From Centroscyllium fabricii (Eukaryota), in contig JBNRSN020000006.1 in the NCBI GenBank assembly GCA_051313645.2, positions 308,264,001-308,328,000 on the forward strand: DNA of 64,000 bases. The letters run 5' to 3'. This document shows positions 59,236-64,000 of this stretch, in pieces (position 1 is the stretch's first letter; each line of letters opens with the position of its first letter). The translations under genes and the position numbers were made by a program. The notes beneath the pieces were generated by a model, which was given only the letters and a program-made list of their open reading frames with translations, did not search any database and had not been told where the DNA came from.

Positions 59236-62200
59236 TTCTCTCCTGTACTATATTCTATTATATTGATTCTCTCCTGTACTATATTCTATTATATTGATTC
59301 TCTCTCCTGTACTATATTCTATTATATTGATTCTCTCCTGTACTATATTCTAATATATTGATTCTCTCCTATACTATATTCTATTATATTGATTCTCTCC
59401 TGTACTATATTCTATTATATTGATTCTCTCCTGTACTATATTCTATTATATTGATTCTCTCTCCTGTACTATATTCTATTATATTGATTCTCTCCTGTAC
59501 TATTTTCTATTATATTGATTCTCTCTCCTGTACTATATTCTATTATATTGATTCTCTCCTGTACTATATTCTATTATATTGATTCTCTCTCCTGTACTAT
59601 ATTCTATTATATTGATTCTCTCCTGTACTATATTCTATTATATTGATTCTCTCCTGTACTATATTCTATTATATTGATTCTCTCTCCTGTACTATATTCT
59701 ATTATATTGATTCTCTCCTGTACTATATTCTATTATATTGATTCTCTCTCCTGTACTATATTCTATTATATTGATTCTCTCCTGTACTATATTCTATTAT
59801 ATTGATTCTCTCCTGTACTATATTCTATTATATTGATTCTCTCCTGTACTATATTCTATTACATTGATTCCCTCCTGTACTGTATTCTATTATATTGATT
59901 CTCTCTCCTGTACTATATTCTATTATATTGATTCTCTCTCCTGTACTATATTCTATTATATTGATTCTCTCCTGTACTATGTTCTATTATATTGATTCTC
60001 TCTCCTGTACTATATTCTATTATATTGATTCTCTCTCCTGTACTATATTTTATTATATTGATTCTCTCCTGTACTATTTTCTATTATATTGATTCTCTCC
60101 TGTACTATATTCTATTGTATTGATTCTCTCTCCTGTACTATATTCTATTATATTGATTCTCTCCTGTACTATGTTCTATTATATTGATTCTCTCTCCTGT
60201 ACTATATTCTATTATATTGTTTCTCTCTCCTGTACTATTTTCTATTATATTGATTCTCTCCTGTACTATATTCTATTGTATTGATTCTCTCTCCTGTACT
60301 ATATTCTATTATATTGATTCTCTCCTGTACTATGTTCTATTATATTGATTCTCTCCTGTACTATATTCTATTATATTGATTCTCTCCTGTACTATATTCT
60401 ATTATATTGATTCTCTCTCCTGTACTATATTCTATTATATTGTTTCTCTCTCCTGTACTTTTTTCTATTATATTGATTCTCTCCTGTACTATATTCTATT
60501 GTATTGATTCTCTCTCTTGTACTATATTCTATTATATTGATTCTCTCCTGTACTATGTTCTATTATATTGATTCTCTCCTGTACTATATTCTATTATATT
60601 GATTCTCTCCTGTACTATATTCTATTATATTGATTCTCTCTCCTGTACTATATTCTATTGTATTGTTTCTCTCTCCTGTACTATATTCTATTACATTGAT
60701 TCTCTCCTGTACTATATTCTATTATATTGATTCTCTCTCCTGTACTATATTCTATTGTATTGTTTCTCTCTCCTGTACTATATTCTATTATATTGATTCT
60801 CTCCTGTACTATGTTCTATTATATTGATTCTCTCTCCTGTACTATATTCTATTATATATTGATTCTCTCTCCTGTACTATATTCTATTATATTGATTCTC
60901 TCTCCTGTACTATATTCTATTATATTGATTCTCTCTCCTGTACTATATTCTATTATATTGATTCTCTCCTGTACTATATTCTATTATATTGATTCTCTCC
61001 TGTACTATATTCTATTATAATGACTCTCCCCTGTACTATATTCTATTATATTGATTCTCTCCTGTACTATATTCTATTATATTCATTCTCTCCTGTACTA
61101 TATTCTATTATATTGATTCTCTCCTGTACTATATTCTATTATATTGATTCTCTCCTGTACTATATTCTATTATATTGATTCTCTCCTGTACTATATTCTA
61201 TTATATTGATTCTCTCCTGTACTATATTCTATTATATTGATTCTCTCCTGTACTATATTCTATTATATTGGTTCTCTCCTGTACTATATTCTATTATATT
61301 GATTCTCTCTCCTGTACTATATTCTATTATATTGATTCTCTCTCCTGTACTATATTCTATTATATTGATTCTCTCTCCTGTACTATATTCTATTATATTG
61401 ATTCTCTCTCCTGTACTATATTCTATTATATTGATTCTCTCCTGTACTATATCCTATTATATTGATTCTCTCTTGTAATATATTCTATTATATTGAGGCT
61501 CTCCTGTACTATATTCTATTTTATTGATTCTCTCCTGTACTATATTCTATTATATTGATTCGCTCCTGTACTATAGTCTAATATATTGATTCTCTCCTGT
61601 ACTATACTCTATTATGTTGATTCTCTGCTGTACTATATTCTATTATATTGATTCTCTCTCCTGTACTACATTCTATTATATTGATTCTCTCCTGTACTAT
61701 ATTCTATTATATTGATTCTCTGCTGTACTATATTCTATTATATTGATTCTCTCTCCTGTACTATATTCTATTATATTGATTCTCTCTCCTGTACCATATT
61801 CTATTATATTGATTCTCTCCTGTACTATATTCTATTATATTGATTCTCTCCTGTACTATATTCTATTATATTGATTCTCTCTCCTGTACAAGATTCTATT
61901 ATATTGATTCTCTCCTGTACTATATTCTATTATATTGATTCTCTCTCCTGTACTATATTCTATTATATTGATTCTCTCCTGTACTATATTCTATTATATT
62001 GATTCTCTCTCCTGTACTATATTCTATTATATTGATTCTCTCCTGTACTATATTCTATTATATTGATTCTCTCTCCTGTACTATATTCTATTATATTGAA
62101 TCTCTCTCCTGTACTATATTCTATTATATTGATTCTCTCTCCTGTACTATATTCTATTATATTGATTCTCTCCTGTACTATATTCTATTATATTGATTCT

Positions 62201-64000
62201 CTCCTGTACTATATTCTATTATATTGATTCTCTCTCCTGTACTATATTCTATTATATTGATTCTCTCTCCTGTACTATATTCTATTATATTGATTCTCTC
62301 TCCTGTACTATATTCTATTATATTGATTCTCTCCTGTACTATATTCTATTATATTGATTCTCTCTCCTGTACTATATTCTATTATATTGATTCTCTCTCC
62401 TGTACTATATTCTATTATATTGATTCTCTCTCCTGTACTATATTCTATTATATTGATTCTCTCCTGTACTATATTCTATTATATTGATTCTCTCTCCTGT
62501 ACTATATTCTATTATATTGATTTTCACCTGTACTATATTCTATTATATTGATTCTCTCCTGTACTATATTCCATTATATTGATTCTCTCCTGTACTATAT
62601 TCTATTATATTGATTCTCTCCTGTACTATATTCTATTATATTGATTCTCTCCTGTACTATATTCTATTATATTGATTCTCTCCTGTACTATATTCCATTA
62701 TATTGATTCTCTCCTGTACTATATTCTATTATATTGATTCTGTCCTGTACTATATTCCATTATATTGATTCTCTCCTGTACTATATTCTATTATATTGAT
62801 TCTCTCCTGTACTATATTCTATTATATTGATTCTCTCCTGTACTATATTCTATTATATTGATTCTCTCCTGTACTATATTCTATTATATTGATTCTCTCT
62901 CCTGTACTATATTCTATTATATTGATTCTCTCCTGTACTATATTCCATTATATTGATTCTCTCCTGTACTATATTCTATTATATTGATTCTCTCCTGTAC
63001 TATATTCTATTATACTGATTCTCTCTCCTGTACTATATTCTATTATATTGATTCTCTCTCCTGTACTATATTCTATTATATTGATTCTCTCTCCTGTACT
63101 ATATTCGATTATATTGATTCTCTCCTCTACTATATTCTATTATATTGACTCTCTCCTGTACTATATTCTATTATATTGATTCTCTCTCCTGTACTATATT
63201 CTATTATATTGATTCTCTCCTGTACTATATTCTATTATATTGATTCTCTCTCCTGTACTATATTCTATTATATTGATTCTCTCCTGTACTATATTCTATT
63301 ATATTGATTCTCTCTCCTGTACTATATTCTATTATATTGATTCTCTCCTGTACTATATTCTAATATATTGATTCTCTCCTATACTATATTCTATTATATT
63401 GATTCTCTCCTGTACTATATTCTATTATATTGATTCTCTCCTGTACTATATTCTATTATATTGATTCTCTCTCCTGTACTATATTCTATTATATTGATTC
63501 TCTCCTGTACTATTTTCTATTATATTGATTCTCTCTCCTGTACTATATTCTATTATATTGATTCTCTCCTGTACTATATTCTATTATATTGATTCTCTCT
63601 CCTGTACTATATTCTATTATATTGATTCTCTCCTGTACTATATTCTATTATATTGATTCTCTCCTGTACTATATTCTATTATATTGATTCTCTCTCCTGT
63701 ACTATATTCTATTATATTGATTCTCTCCTGTACTATATTCTATTATATTGATTCTCTCTCCTGTACAATATTCTATTATATTGATTCTCTCCTGTACTAT
63801 ATTCTATTATGTTGATTCTCTCTCCGGTACTATATTCTATTATATTGATTCTCTCCTGTACTATATTCTATTATATTGATTCTCTCCTGTACTATATTCT
63901 ATTATATTAATTCTCTCTCCTGTACTATATTCTATTATATTTATTCTCTCTCCTGTACTATATTCTATTATATTGATTCTCTCCTGTACTATGTTCTATT
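55900..64000 (+). repeat. HOR domain C: 31-mer-rich runs with TTTTCACC and TTCCATT variants, including a related copy at ~4.0 kb offset
   Basis: TAATATATTG..CCTATAC is at 59351/63361 and TATTTTCT at 59501/63511 (offset 4010). ATACTG is at 58971/63012 (offset 4041). Confidence 0.8.

Larger units (their letters stand above)
1..64000 (+). repeat. Tandem satellite array of mixed 31-bp and 33-bp monomers, consensus TTGATT(CT)2-3CCTGTACTATATTCTATTATA, roughly 2000 copies; runs off both ends of the window
   Basis: The monomer is directly readable from position 1 to 64000 with only scattered substitutions. I saw no inversions or foreign inserts. The 31-mer composition is T16 A7 C6 G2. Confidence 0.99.

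Noticed and set aside
127-62551. The many short ORFs encoding hydrophobic repeats (ILILSPVLYSI and IDSLSCTIFYY), resembling membrane peptides
   Set aside because: The 33-mer is a multiple of 3 with a TGA in only one + frame, and each 31-mer shifts the frame until the stop is reached. ORF lengths just track 33-mer runs. Starts are mostly TTG, ORFs overlap in two frames, and there is no sign of codon-level constraint.
1-64000. Minus-strand stop-free frame of the 33-mer (IIEYSTGERIN repeats)
   Set aside because: It is broken by 31-mers every few units, and the ORF track calls nothing on the minus strand.
1-64000. CRISPR array (repeat length 31-33 bp is in range)
   Set aside because: The repeats are directly adjacent, with no unique spacers, no leader and no cas genes.
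1-64000. Telomerase-synthesised telomeric repeat
   Set aside because: Neither strand has typical G-runs. Multi-kb blocks with inherited substitutions indicate DNA-level duplication rather than copying from a short RNA template. A recombination-maintained terminal satellite cannot be excluded.
1-64000. Sequencing or amplification artefact (rolling-circle concatemer) or random error pattern
   Set aside because: The variants recur in ordered, nested, tree-like patterns across kilobases, and single-base indels are essentially absent. Neither fits read error or a single-template concatemer.
1-64000. Hidden insertion, inversion, transposon or RNA gene within the array
   Set aside because: Reading through, I found no departure from monomer phase or orientation. 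A very short insert could have been missed by eye.

Overview
The whole 64 kb is one uninterrupted, head-to-tail, single-orientation, AT-rich tandem repeat (satellite/minisatellite DNA, about 26-27% GC). It is built from two monomers that differ only by one CT dinucleotide: a 31-mer, TTGATTCTCTCCTGTACTATATTCTATTATA, and a 33-mer, TTGATTCTCTCTCCTGTACTATATTCTATTATA. There are roughly 2000 copies (64000/~32). I see no unique sequence, gene, RNA gene, transposon or CRISPR spacer, and all listed ORFs are translation artefacts of the repeat. The informative structure is in the 31/33 order and the diagnostic single-base variants. These show nested, variable-length higher-order repeats (HORs) in three domains: A (~1-40.3 kb; offsets 3041, 3380, 1726, ~4.4-4.9 kb, 3254, 5426 and 1970 bp), B (~40.3-55.9 kb; ~4.6 kb unit plus 324, 378 and 440 bp local duplications) and C (~55.9-64 kb; 1702 bp tandem duplication, ~4.0 kb offset copy). 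An array of this size suggests eukaryotic heterochromatin, but I do not recognise the family or the organism, and I cannot support a new protein-coding system here. HOR offsets were read by eye from marker variants and ORF-track offsets, so block boundaries are approximate.
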